64,000 nt of DNA from Eledone cirrhosa (lineage: Eukaryota), in contig OZ024746.1 of NCBI GenBank assembly GCA_964016885.1, positions 67,704,001-67,768,000 of the forward strand, given 5' to 3'. The position numbers and the translations under genes were made by a program. The notes below the pieces were generated by a model. That model was not told where the DNA came from and did no database searches. It was given only the letters and a program-made list of their open reading frames with translations. Every line of letters starts with the position of its first letter. Position 1 is the first letter of the stretch. Below are positions 50,985 to 63,151 of the stretch, piece by piece.

Positions 50985-52099
50985 AGTATTATATATGGTG
51001 TTGATGATGATGATTATATATACATACACATGTCACATATGCACATGCATCCTGATCCACATATTTTCTGACGACTAACTTTCAGTCACAAGACATTTAT
51101 CAACCTGAGGTTGCAATAGCAAGCACTAGCTTATAGTGCTGTATAGTGAAATGAGACCATCTGGTAGCAAAATGAACTTCTTAACCACAAGATGTTGAAC
51201 TACACCGACTGTTGAAAATATAGATCTGATTATTTTATAATTCTTTTGTATCAAATTAAAGTTTTAGAAGTTGAGTTTTGTATTGATTTTTGCATCTAAT
51301 ACAAAGTCTTTCTTTATATTTTCTTTACCAGATGCTGCTTGCTGTAAAGGACTATATGATCTCTTATAATGGCTTCTAGAATTTTAAGTTCTAAATAATA
51401 GTAGAATGTGATTAGAATTGTTCATATTTAACAGTAAATTCTTTATAAAGTTAATTTATTCAATTTCATCATCCCGTTCCATCTGATTCGTGACTGTATG
51501 AAATACATAAAAGTCTCAATATATTTGATTTTAGAATATTTCTTGTTGTCTATAGTTCTCAGCCAAAATGGAATTATATTATCTTTTGGTTTCTTCTATT
51601 ATCACTTCTGTGAATCACAGATTTCTCCACCACCAACATTTTACTCATCTTCCTTTCTTATAATGAACACATCCATTGTTTCCTGTGTCCATTATTTTAA
51701 CATCCATCCTGATACTATGTCAGTAATTTGATATTTTTTCTTAGTTGGAGTTGTTTCTGTAAGTGAAGATCTTTAGCCACAAAAATATATTGTTGGATAG
51801 ACAAAACAACAATGTTAGAACCATAGATCACCAATAGTAACAAGATATGATGATGATAGTGATGTAGTTTCTTTTTATTTTGTGGTGATGTCTACCATAC
51901 AATAGGTAGCAAATTGGCAGAGTTGTTAGAACATTGGATAGAATGCTTTGTCATATTTATTTCAGCTCTCTGCACTCTGAGTTCAAATCCCACATAGGTC
52001 AACTTTACGTTTCATCCTTTCACAGTTGATAAAACAAGAGTCAATTCATCCTCTATATCTCTTACTCCCTTGCTCTCTATTACCCTCTCTTTCTCTGGA

Positions 52100-52395
52100 A
52101 CTATGCTCAGACGTGGAGAGTAGATGGGCTCCACCAGGTTTTAAAAATACCAAAAAATGCCAAATGTCATTGTTAACCAATCTTCTTGCTCAGGGTCTGC
52201 CCCTGGGTCTCCTGCCAGTTGGTTTTGCCCATAAAATCTGTGAAGCAATTTTTCCTGTGACATTCTAACCACATGCCTATCGTATCGGAGCTGAGATCTC
52301 TCAATTTGGAGAGGTAGTGGCTCTACCTGGAGTGACTCTCTAATCTCCAAGCTATGAACTCTATCACGTAACATTACTCCAAAGCTCCAAAGACT
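52100..52395 (-). pseudogene. RTE C-terminal fragment
   Basis: LRDRVHSLEIRESLQVEPLPLQIERSQLRYDRHVVRM. Confidence 0.75.
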
Positions 52396-52427
52396 CTTCG
52401 GAGGAACCCCAGTGTGGCTGTTTGTAT

Positions 52428-52625
52428 TCACGTGGCTGAGTGATTAGAGAATTGGATTCTCAATCGTGAGGTTGTGAGTTCGATTCACGGACTGGCAATG
52501 CATTATGTCCTTGAGCAAAACACATTATTTCATGTTGCTCCTTCTACCTGGAGTTGTGACCAATAGATAACATTAGCAATTGGAAAAACCAATGGAAACA
52601 TTGTTTCCTCGGTCCGATTTGATGG
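52428..52625 (+). mobile_element. tRNA-derived SINE
   Basis: A-box tggctgagtgattag and B-box gagttcgattc; homologous to 2208-2413. Confidence 0.8.
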
Positions 52626-52994
52626 TATATATATATATCCGCATTATCTTTATGTCTGTTCTTTCATGTTGACATGGGTCAGACGGGGCCTTTGAGGCAA
52701 TGATGTATAGCCAAATACCCTTCTTTTTTATGCCAATCCTTTTAGTCACCTCATATGTTACACCAGGCTATGGTGTACCTATTCTAAACACATCCAAACA
52801 CACATTTGAAAAAAATTGCTTGGGTAAGCCAATAAAATGTTTTAAATTTGAGGGTCAGTAGCCTTAATGATACCATCCTTTGCAAAATAATATGTAACAT
52901 ATTTGATAAAAATGTATGCCTTTATTGTATTTGTTATATTATTCCAAATATTACCATCATTATACCATAGAGCAATTAGAGTCATACAATATAG

Positions 52995-55493
52995 AGGAAC
53001 AGTGACTGGAGCAGACCTATAGGCAGGAGGAGAGTAAGTTGGTGGTGGAACAGTAAGGTGGAGGAGTCGATCAAGACCAAAAAGCAGGCTTGGAAAGTAT
53101 GGCGGGATGGGGGAAGTAGAGAAGAATATCAAGTGGCCAGGAGAGAAGCTAGGAGACAAGTGTACTTCGCAAGAAGGGAAGCAGAGGAAAGAAAATTCAA
53201 GCATGTTCTACAACACGAGGACCAAAAACGTGAGGTGTTCAGGATTGCTAGACAATGTGTCAAGGAGAACCGTGATATTGTCGGGGAGAATTGTGTCCGT
53301 AATGATGATGGTGTACTTGCCATCACTGACGCTGATAAGAAGGTAACTTGGAAATGTCACTACGAGAGACTACTAAATGAGGAGAATAAATGGGAGAAAG
53401 ACAGTCTCCCCACATCGATCCAATAGAGGGACCAGCAGTGCAAGTTGAAGGTAGTATATAATAAGTAAGGCAATCAAAGATATGAAGACGGGCAAGGCGG
53501 CTGGGCCTTCGGAAATAGTTGCTGAAATACTGAAAGCAACTGGAACGGTGGGACACACTATGGTCACCCGGATAGTAAACCAAGTTATACAGAATGGGGT
53601 CGTACCAAAGGACTGGCGTAGCATCATCATCATTAACTGCTACAAGGGTAAAGGAGATGCCCTAGATAGGGGAAACTATAGAGGCATTAAATTAATTGAC
53701 CAGGCCGTGAAGGTCACGGAAAAAGTAATAGCGCAACTAATCAGAGAGCGAATTGATCTAGATGAAACGCAGTTCAGGTTTGTGTCAGGTAAAAGTACCA
53801 CAAACGCTCTTTTCATTGTACGACAACTACAGGAGAAGTACCTAGCTAAAAGTAAACCCCACTACTTAGCTTTTGTAGACCTGGAGAAAGCCTTTGACAG
53901 AGTCCCCCGCTCCATTATCTGGTGGGCTCTTAGAAAACTAGGTGTAGATGAATGGCTTGTGAGAGCTATACAAGAAATGTATAATGAAACAGTCAGCAAG
54001 GTTAGAATTAACAACGATATAGTGAAGAGTTTAGCGTAAAAGTTGGTGTTCATCAGGGCTCAGTCCTTAGCCCCCTCCTATTTATTGTCGCCCTCCAAGC
54101 TATAACGGAGGAGTTCAAGACTGGCTGCCCATGGGAACTTCTATACGCAGATGATCTAACGCTCATAGCCGAATCAATGGCTGAACTAGAGAAGAAATTC
54201 CAAACATGGAAGCATGGCCTAGAATCAAAAGGCCTTAAAGTTAACTTGTCTAAGACTAAAGTCCTAATATGTAGGAAGGAGAATTGGGCACTGGTCCCAT
54301 CTGGGAAATGGCCATGCTCAGTGTGTAGGAAAGGAGTAGGCAGAAACTCCATTTTATGTCCCAAATGCAAAGTATGGGTGCATAAAAGATGTAGTGGGAT
54401 CACAGGTAAGCTAACTAAGAATATAGATTTTATATGTGGCCGGTGCTCTGGTGCAATAAGTAGCAGCAAATGCCCACAGAATACTAGCTCATTCCATTGC
54501 CCAGATGATTCTATAGAAATAGTGGACACCTTCCATTACCTGGGTGACAAAATCAGCAGGAGTGAAGGGTGCTCCGAAAGTACTGTAGCTGGAGTCCGAA
54601 CTGGATGGAAAAAGTTCAGAGAGCTTATACCACTATTGGCCGCTAAAGGTTTCTCTCTAAATATAAAAGGCGGGCTGTATGATGCCTGTATACGAACAGT
54701 GATGTTACATGGCAGTGAGACATGGGCCTTGTGTGCAGAGGATCTATGCAGACTGGAGAGGAACGAAGCTTGCATGCTCCATTGGATGTGTAATAGTAAT
54801 ATACGCGAACGGCAAAGCATAAATGAACTAAGTGAGAAACTAGGAATAAGAGGGATCAGATGCTTTTTACTCGAGAGAAGACTATGTTGGTATGGTCACG
54901 TGATGCGCATGAAAGACGACAGCTATATAAAAAAGTGCAGGGCGATCAAAATAAACGGTAGCTACGGAGTAGGCAGACCGAGAAAAACCTGGGACGACTT
55001 GATAAAATCCGACCTCACACACTTACACCTCTCCAAGACAATGTCACTGGGCCGAGATCTTTGGCGCTACGTAGTAATACAGAAGACCCGCCTTGCCTGA
55101 GTACAAAGCGAAACCTACAGTCAGTAGGCACCTCTTAATCAAAATACACCCCCGTCCCACTACCCCTACCCCCACCGCCATCTACACCACCCCTTTCGAT
55201 GTAAAGCTATGTTGGTACCACAACATCCAGTCCTAAATAAATGAGGTCGTGTAGGTGTCACGACAAAAAAAACACACAGTCTACGCTGTAATGTGGCCGT
55301 GTAGGTAACACAGTAAAAACCTCCCAGTCCACACTGTAAACGTGATTGGTGTTAGGAAGGGTATCCAGCCGTAGAAAACCCGCCGTAGAAAACTCCTATG
55401 CGAGCAAGACAACCAATCTTTCCTCAAGTGGGACAATTCCCGTCCAGACCCATGCTAGCGTGGAAGATGGACGTTAAACGATGATGATGATGA
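52995..55493 (+). mobile_element. 5'-truncated RTE-clade LINE (RT and PHD-like finger) with two frameshifts and a (GAT)n tail
   Basis: ORFs 53058-53426, 53482-54039 and 54177-55100 carry KAAGPS, NYRGIKL, FVDLEKAFDRV, FHYLGD, HGSETW and WYGHVMR; QGSVLSP and YADD lie in frame just upstream of 54177. Confidence 0.95.
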
Positions 55494-55551
55494 TTATTAT
55501 TATTCAAGTATTATACAGAACTGAAATTGTCAATGGTTAGATAATTAAATA

Positions 55552-55738
55552 ATTGTTTCTACTTTTGGCACAAGGCCAGCAATTACCCAGTGTATTACTG
55601 GTACTTTATTTTATCGACCCCATAAGGATGAAAGGCAAAGTTAACCTCGGTGGGATTTGAACTCAGAATGGAAAGGGCCGTAAGTCTTTGCGTCAAAGCA
55701 TGGCGTCCTATCCTCTACCGATACTACCAATCCACTGC
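55552..55738 (-). mobile_element. Major tRNA-derived SINE
   Basis: Full copy with an imperfect TSD tagata.ttaa.taat. Confidence 0.9.
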
Positions 55739-56461
55739 CCTAGATATTTAATTAATGTTTATAAAGTAAGCAACACTTTCATTATTGAAGAATCCTTGCT
55801 ATTGCTTATGTAAGTGTAGGTGAAAACAGTTTTATTTTATTCGAAACTATTACTGAGCATAATATTCTATCTTACTTCTTGAAATACTTCCATTCTTAAA
55901 AGTATTCTAAAAATTATTAAAGGCTAAAATGTCAGGAGGTAAATCACCAATGGAAATAAAATTCTAATAACGTGTGAAAACCAAAGTGCACAGAGTCTAA
56001 TGAAACATCCAAATATTGGAACTTGCCAAGAGCAATAGTTGAAACAAAGAAATGACAAGAAGAACTGTGATAAATCCTAGTTTTATAACATTAGATTTGT
56101 AACCATTACAGCCTTAGGAATTCTGAATTATATCATGACAACACCCAAGGATGTACAATTTTCATGGTTTTACCATAATTAAAGAGAAGCAGGCAATAGA
56201 AACATTAGAAACATACAAAAGAAAACAAGAAAACAGGTGATAGTTGCATTCAAAAGAAATGCGTTAGCAGTTGTCTCTTGCTGGTTCAGCTGGAATCCGC
56301 TAGATGGCACTAGCCGTCAGCTTTTCAATAGTTATAACTAAAAGGCTTTTCAAATATTTACTTGTAAACATACTGTATATCATTGATATACAAAATTCAC
56401 ATGCTTTAATTTTATATATATATATATCATCATCATCGTTTAACGTCCATTTTCCATATAT

Positions 56462-57531
56462 ATATAATATAAAACGAAAAATCAGTGATACATCTGGACT
56501 CAATTTATTGTGTTACAAATGTTTCGCCGGCAGACAGCTCGAGACACGATCATTGTATGAATCTGTCTGACTCTGGAACTGCAGGTTCGTCGGACACTTC
56601 CAATAACTTCGGAACAAATATTCTCACATGGATTTTAGCTTCAAAGAACATCTTCCTCACTTGTCCTGCTTTTGCTGTTATTTTTCTACGTCATCATGAA
56701 TTCTGGCCAATATTTGCTGCCATACTGCCCATCAGCCACTCTCCGTCTGACACACTTCAATGAATTCATGCTGGGTTTGGTATTTCACAAGTCACTCACA
56801 CACTCATATACACACACATACACACACACACACTCATATACACACACATACACACACACACACATATATATACATACACATACACACGCGCACATACATA
56901 CATACATACATATGTACATATACACACACATATATACATACACATACACACACGCGCACACACATATACATACACACACATGTACATATACACACCGATA
57001 TACATATACACACACGCGCTCTCACACACACACACTCACACGCCCACGACCATATAACTAACAACATAGGCGTCCACAGGCGCCTGCCTACCTGCCCTCG
57101 TACATCAGATCTCACATGCACGCACAAAAGCACACGCATACAGGGACACACACATGCGTATACGTACATCTACTCATATACACAAACACGTACAGGCATA
57201 TACATAGACACGCACACGCACATACCCATGCCTGTCCTTGCAAAGAGGCACAAAGACAGACACACTTCCAAACACACACATACAATATTGGCCAGAATTC
57301 ATGATGACGTAGAAAAATAACAGCCAAAAGCAGGACAAGCGAGGACGATGGTTTTTGAAGCTAAAACCCCTGTGAGAATATTTGTTCCGAACTTATTGGA
57401 AGAGTCCGACGAATCCAGAATCAGACAGATCCATACAATGATCGTGTCTCGAGTTGTCTGCCGGCGAAACAATTGTAACACGCAATAAATTGAGTCCAGA
57501 TGCATCACTGATTTTTCGTTTTATATTATAT
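56462..57531. repeat. Inverted repeat (56462-56714 and 57284-57531) around a CA-rich spacer
   Basis: Arms of about 250 bp, clearly homologous with scattered substitutions and indels. Confidence 0.93.
57393..57488 (+). ncRNA. Variant hammerhead-like motif (CCGACGA core, long stem II); second copy at 56505-56606 (-)
   Basis: ttattg..gagt CCGACGA ...cagacag...ttgtctg ccggc GAAA caattg TA acac.caataa, with a palindromic stem III. Confidence 0.6.
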
Positions 57532-57666
57532 CACACTCTGCTCTGTAAGAACATAGAAGGCTTAACTGGCATACGTCTATGGAAGCATCATAGCAACCAT
57601 TAAACACACGCACACACACACACACATACACACACACACACACACACACAACACACATACATACAT

Positions 57667-60600
57667 CATGCCACCAACGCGATCAGTCGCATATTTTGGC
57701 GTGGGAGACTATTTATTAAATTTAAGATGAATACTATCTCCGACAGTAATGTCACAACTACAGCCAAGTTGAATAACTGGTTATTCTTCTAACTATCTCT
57801 TCTGAAGACACCTTTTATTCGAATTCGTAGAGATATCCGACTAAATACATAATTCATTTTACAAGTATTTGCTACAAACAGCATGGCTGAACACAACATC
57901 AACAAGAAAATTAAGGAAGTATCGAAGACAAATAACAAAGAAGGTAATCATACTTTATTCAGTTGTAGCTACAGAAGAAACCGCAATTATAAATCGCATT
58001 TCTCTTGGAGTTGCGAACTTAATAATGATTTATTTAATTGTTATAAAATGGCAAAAAAAAACAATCCCTCCATTGGCTATATGAATAGAATGAGGCTACA
58101 CTGGGACGAAATGCACCCAGAGCTAAATTATTTCACAGCGAAACAATTACACCAACAAGCGACGTTTGTTGAAGGTAAAAATAAGATAAATATTGTTAAT
58201 TGTAAGTCCCCACAACAAACATGGAATCAACAACACGTGCGACAGATCGCCATGCTACTAGACTTCCTAGCAGCCAGCGCCTTGAAACAACTATGCCTGT
58301 ACCATCTAAGTCTACCTCGAATGCTGGGGAAAACACTATCGATAATAATAATAATCGAAGAAATAATAATAATAATCGAATAAATGTGACACCACGTATA
58401 CCATCCGAGTCTACCTCGACTGTTGTGGAAAATACTATCGATAATTGTTTCTACTTTCGGCACAAGGCCAGCAATTACCCAGTGCATTACTGGTACTTTA
58501 ATGATAATCAAAAGTATAAACAATTGAAAATTTCCCTCAACGAAATCTTCCAGAGAGAAATTAACTCATGTATAAATATCTCTCTGGCTGAACGTGTTAA
58601 AATGACAATGGTGAATAAAAACCAAATAATGAAATACTACGTGTTATTGACGAAATAGGGGATGAATATTTACGACGGATAAAAACCCCAACATTTTGGC
58701 AAATCAACGCCTGTTTATATGCCTTAGCAATGACAGTGAAGCATTATCTTGGTGATAGCAGAGATATTAACAAGAACAAAACACCACCAAAAATACCATC
58801 ATATATAACTAAAATAGAAAAAAAGAGTGCTGACCTACGGTAAAACATAGGACATGTGACAATGCCCCTTACATCCAAACAAACACAAAAAAACCTCACT
58901 CCTCACTAACAAAGAGTGAAAAATAAAATAGAGACGATGTTTGGTAACAGTAGAACAAGAACTCTTCAATATAAGCTGATCACCCTCAAACAAGAATTGA
59001 GAGCTGTTAGCGAAAAACGCCGATACCTGAAGAAGGTAGATGAGAGAAAAATGCTTAATAAAAGATTCAGACGAAACCAAACATCAGTCTATAGAGATTT
59101 GAAGAGCAAAATAATAAGTGTCACTGAGGCCCCATCCCAGAAAGACAGATTCCTTTTGGAGAAAAATATGGGGTGAAAAGAAGAATTTCAACCAAGATGC
59201 AATGTGGCTAAGAGAAATCCGAAAGAACTATTGCTCCTACACTACAACAAAACCATACGAAATAAGTGAGGGTACCCTTTAGACTGTGATAGGAAAACTC
59301 CAAGATAAGAAAACACCAGGAAGAGACATGATTGTCGGCTACTGGTACAAAAAACTAATATTCTATTGGAGGTATCTTACTGACCTCACCAACAAGTTCT
59401 TAAGGGAGATACACTTATACCAGAATGGTTGACATTAGCACAAACGTTACTGGTCCCCAAGAACAAAGACACCCACTTGGCAAAAAGCTACCGACCCATT
59501 GCATGCCAGAACCTGATGTATAAGATGTATACAGCCTGTCTGAACCTATTCCTCCAAGATCACTGTGAAAATAATAACATCATCACAGATGAACAAGCAG
59601 CTGGAAAGAAAGGGGTTTGGGGATGTGCTGAACAACTCCTAATCAACAAAACTGCGATGTCGGAGGTGAGACAACTTAGGAGGAATATGACTACAGTCTG
59701 GCTGGACTACAGGAAAGCTTTCTGTTCCCCACTCTTGGGTGATAGAGGCCCTCCAACTTGCTAAAGTCCCAGACATTATTGTCAGAGCCATAGAGAGGCT
59801 GTCTTCTTCTTGGGCTACTATCCTAGGGTTAAAGACAGAGAGGGAGGACTCTATTTTCACTGATAAAATAAAATATTGCAGGGGTATATTTCAGGGGGAC
59901 AGTCTCTCTGTGATATTGTTCATCTTGTCATTAAACCCCTTGTCCTTTCTGCTCAAGAAATGTGAGGGATACATCATTGGCTCACAGGAGGACAAAAATA
60001 CGAACCTAACATAAGTTCTTTGTGGACGATCTGAAACTCTATGCCAAGAACATGGATGGGATGAAGAAAAATCTTGACTTGGTTACAACGTTCTCAAAGG
60101 ATATAGGAATGGAGTTTGGCCAAGATAAATGCTCATACATGACTGTAAAGCGGGGAAAAACAACAACCCAATCTAGCAACATTGTCACCAATGGTCTAAC
60201 TGTTTCACCGATATCTGATGAGGACTGCTCCAGATACCTGGGGGTAGATGAGAACATATCCTATAATGGTATCTGTAATAAAGAACGCGTAACCAGGGAA
60301 TACTACACCCGATTAAGAAAGATCTGGTCATCGGAACTCTCTGCGCAAAACAAAACAGTGGCTCACAATGTGTTTGCTGTGTCTGTCCTAACACCAACGT
60401 TTGGAATACTCAATTGGACGATAGACAAAATCCGAGCAGTTGATGTTGGAACTCGAAAAATACTGAACAACACCGGAAATTTCCACATCAACAGTGACAT
60501 AGACCGCCTTTACTTGAAACGTAAGCAGGGAGGCAGAGGCCTAACATCAGTCCAGACAACATTTGAATGTCGCATCATATCTTTCCGACAACATCTACGA

Positions 60601-61783
60601 ACCTCGAAGCGTAGGAGCCCGCTTCTCGAGCAAGTCTATCTGCATGAAACAGATAAGATCATGAGAGTTGGGAAGCAGCTTCCCTGTGTGATAATCAAAA
60701 ACTCACACCCAGGGATGTCGCTCAGCAGTATCGCAGTGAATCCATGGATGAAAAACTGCATGCCTATCAGCAAAAAATCATGCATGGATATGTTGCCAGG
60801 AAGCTCCAGAGTGAGAATAATATAGATAAGGAAAGTAGTCTATCTTGGGCCAACAACCGCTATATTGGCTCCCACTTTGAAGGATACGCTTTTGCAATCC
60901 AAGAACAGGAGATTAGCACGAAATACCTGATTCACAAAAGAGATAGGGATGCAGGAAAAACACCTAGACGTGATAACAAGTGCAGACTCTGCAGAACTAA
61001 CATCGAGGATATCACCCATGTCACCAGAAGCTGTCCAAAGATGTCATCGGGGTACTATCTACCTATGAGGCATGATGTAGTGGCCTAAACACTGTACAAT
61101 GCAGTTCGTAAAAAAGATAGCCCCGATAATAAACACATTAAAAGATACAACAATGTGGAAGACATCCATGTACATAATATGAAAGAGTACTGGTGGAATG
61201 TTCCAGTAAAATCCTCAATAAAATGCAGACATCACAGACCAGATATTATGATATGGGACAGGGAGAAGAAAACATGCACAGTAGTGGAAATTAGCTGCCC
61301 AGCAGATGCCAATATAATATCAAAGATTAGTGAAAAGGAGAATATTTATGCAGAACTGATGAGAAATCTGCAGATACTCCATCCTGATTACACCTTCAGA
61401 TTTATGCCAGTGATTATTGGGGCACTGGGATATGTTAGTAACTGCCTCAATACAAATCTTGAGAAGCTAGACTTCACAGGAACAGAAAGAACACAACTAG
61501 TTAGGAAACTACAAGTACAATCCATTAATGGAACAGTAAAAATATGTAAAACATTCCAAAAATTTTGCATATACACATGTACAGATACAAAGCATATACA
61601 CATGCACACATACAACTCAAAACATACACATCCACACATACAATAACATCCATATCTATACATGCATACATACATATCTACCTAGTTGATGTTGTGTAAA
61701 TTCCAATGAGAGAGTCTTGTGTCTATGTTAGAAACCGACTCTCTCTATTGGTAAAACTTTGTGAAATTATAAAACCAGAAGAA
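57667..61783 (+). mobile_element. Decayed R4/Dong-type non-LTR retrotransposon (RT, CCHC knuckle, restriction-like endonuclease)
   Basis: YRPIACQNLMYK, WLDYRKAF, GIFQGDSLS, DDLKLY, YLGV, GGRGL, CRLC...HVTRSC, RHD and RPDIMIWD...VEISCP...KENIY. Many frameshifts; flanked by ATAC repeats; SINE fragment at 58445-58500. Confidence 0.92.
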
Positions 61784-61789
61784 TATACA

Positions 61790-61818
<29 letters not shown>
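61784..61818. repeat. (ATAC)n microsatellite at the 3' end of the R4-type element
   Basis: Directly visible tetranucleotide run. Confidence 0.95.
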
Positions 61819-61820
<2 letters not shown>

Positions 61821-62703
61821 GGGATAACAAGTTATCGTTATAGGTAATCCAGTTAGAGGTTGTGAGTACTCTGTATTGTGGATAGTTTTATAACGTACGG
61901 CTTTGTTTGACTCAACAAGATGTTTCCATAGTTAGGTAGCGAGTTCGCGAGAATTCCTATGCAGGTTATACTTGGAGTAATAATAGTGAAAGATTGAATA
62001 ATAACATGGCTGGCTGTACAACAAGGGACTGTATTTCAAGTATTAACAATTGTTTCATTGATTAGGTGAGTCTAAAGGCTGCTAATCACTCGAAGTTGCG
62101 TCACTCGACTTTAAATACAGTGTTTACCTCTGATCAAATCCTCAGAATACTAGAGAACTCATATATGGCAATGGTATATATAGATACCGCGTAGAATCAA
62201 AACAATAACATCAATAATAAAATATAATGATAAACAGGTAAAAAAGTTACAGATGTAAAAAGTAAAGAAATAAAAAAAATATATAAGTACAGAATACGAT
62301 AATTGATAATAGTGGGGGTGGAAAGCAACATTAGATACATGCATACATACATGGTGGTCAAAGGGTTAGAAGTAGAGAATACGAGGTAGTAACAAATGAC
62401 AGATAAAAGATAAAAAACAATAAATTAAAAATTATGTGAGAGATACGAGGATCAGACATAAGGACTAAGGATGGACGGGGAAGGGGGATTTTGATATGTG
62501 TGTGTGGTAAATATTTAGCCTGCTGATTGTCTTATCTTAATGGGGTTGATGTGGCTTCAGTGAGAGAGAGTGAAAGAAAGGTTAGGAGATTTATGATGTA
62601 ATCACCAGTCGGTCAGTTGACAGCTAATAACAGTGTGGTGGTATGTATTCCGTACATTAAAATCCGGGTGGTTGAGCTCGAATTTTGGGATTGCTGGATC
62701 GAA

Positions 62704-63033
62704 TCATGCTGGTTTGAAATTTGTGAACTTGGTAGCTGCTTTGTGCATACAGAAAATTGATCTTTCTATTTTGCTGTTAAGCAGCATCTTATCATACTTT
62801 AAAATATGGAATAGCTCCATATTGCAAAGTCCGCAGTGGGACATTCCATTGTTGTAGGAACCTTGCTTCCGATAATTTTGACCAACTAATCCTATATTCC
62901 TGGTTTGTGTTCCTAAGCTGCCAGATTTTATTGGCCAGCGTTATAGAGTTCTCTAGTTTATGGTTCTTCATAGAGTGTCTGTGAATATACCATTTTTTTT
63001 AAACTCCTCAGCCGTGGAACCTATGTAGTGCCA
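62704..63033 (-). pseudogene. PLE GIY-YIG endonuclease C-terminal fragment (same type as 24497-25168); not in the ORF track
   Basis: Minus strand reads WHYIGSTAEEFKK/WYIHRHS...SITLANKIWQLR...ISWSKL/SHCGLCNMELFHIL...LLNSKIE...CMHK across two frameshifts. Confidence 0.82.
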
Positions 63034-63151
63034 TGTTAAGTTGCCCATCTATCCCATTTAGTATTTATTTACTTAAGCATTCTTTTTTCTTGGAAACAAA
63101 ATCTTAAGTAGTATTGCACTACATTAATATAATAATTATGTTTTAATATGT

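Noticed and set aside
51310-51765. Possible host exons (pyrimidine tract plus AG near 51331; gtaagt near 51759)
   Set aside because: No convincing reading frame or recognisable protein. Splice-like motifs are common by chance.
56672-57327. His/Thr-rich and Cys/Val-rich ORFs
   Set aside because: Artefacts of CA/TG microsatellite sequence.
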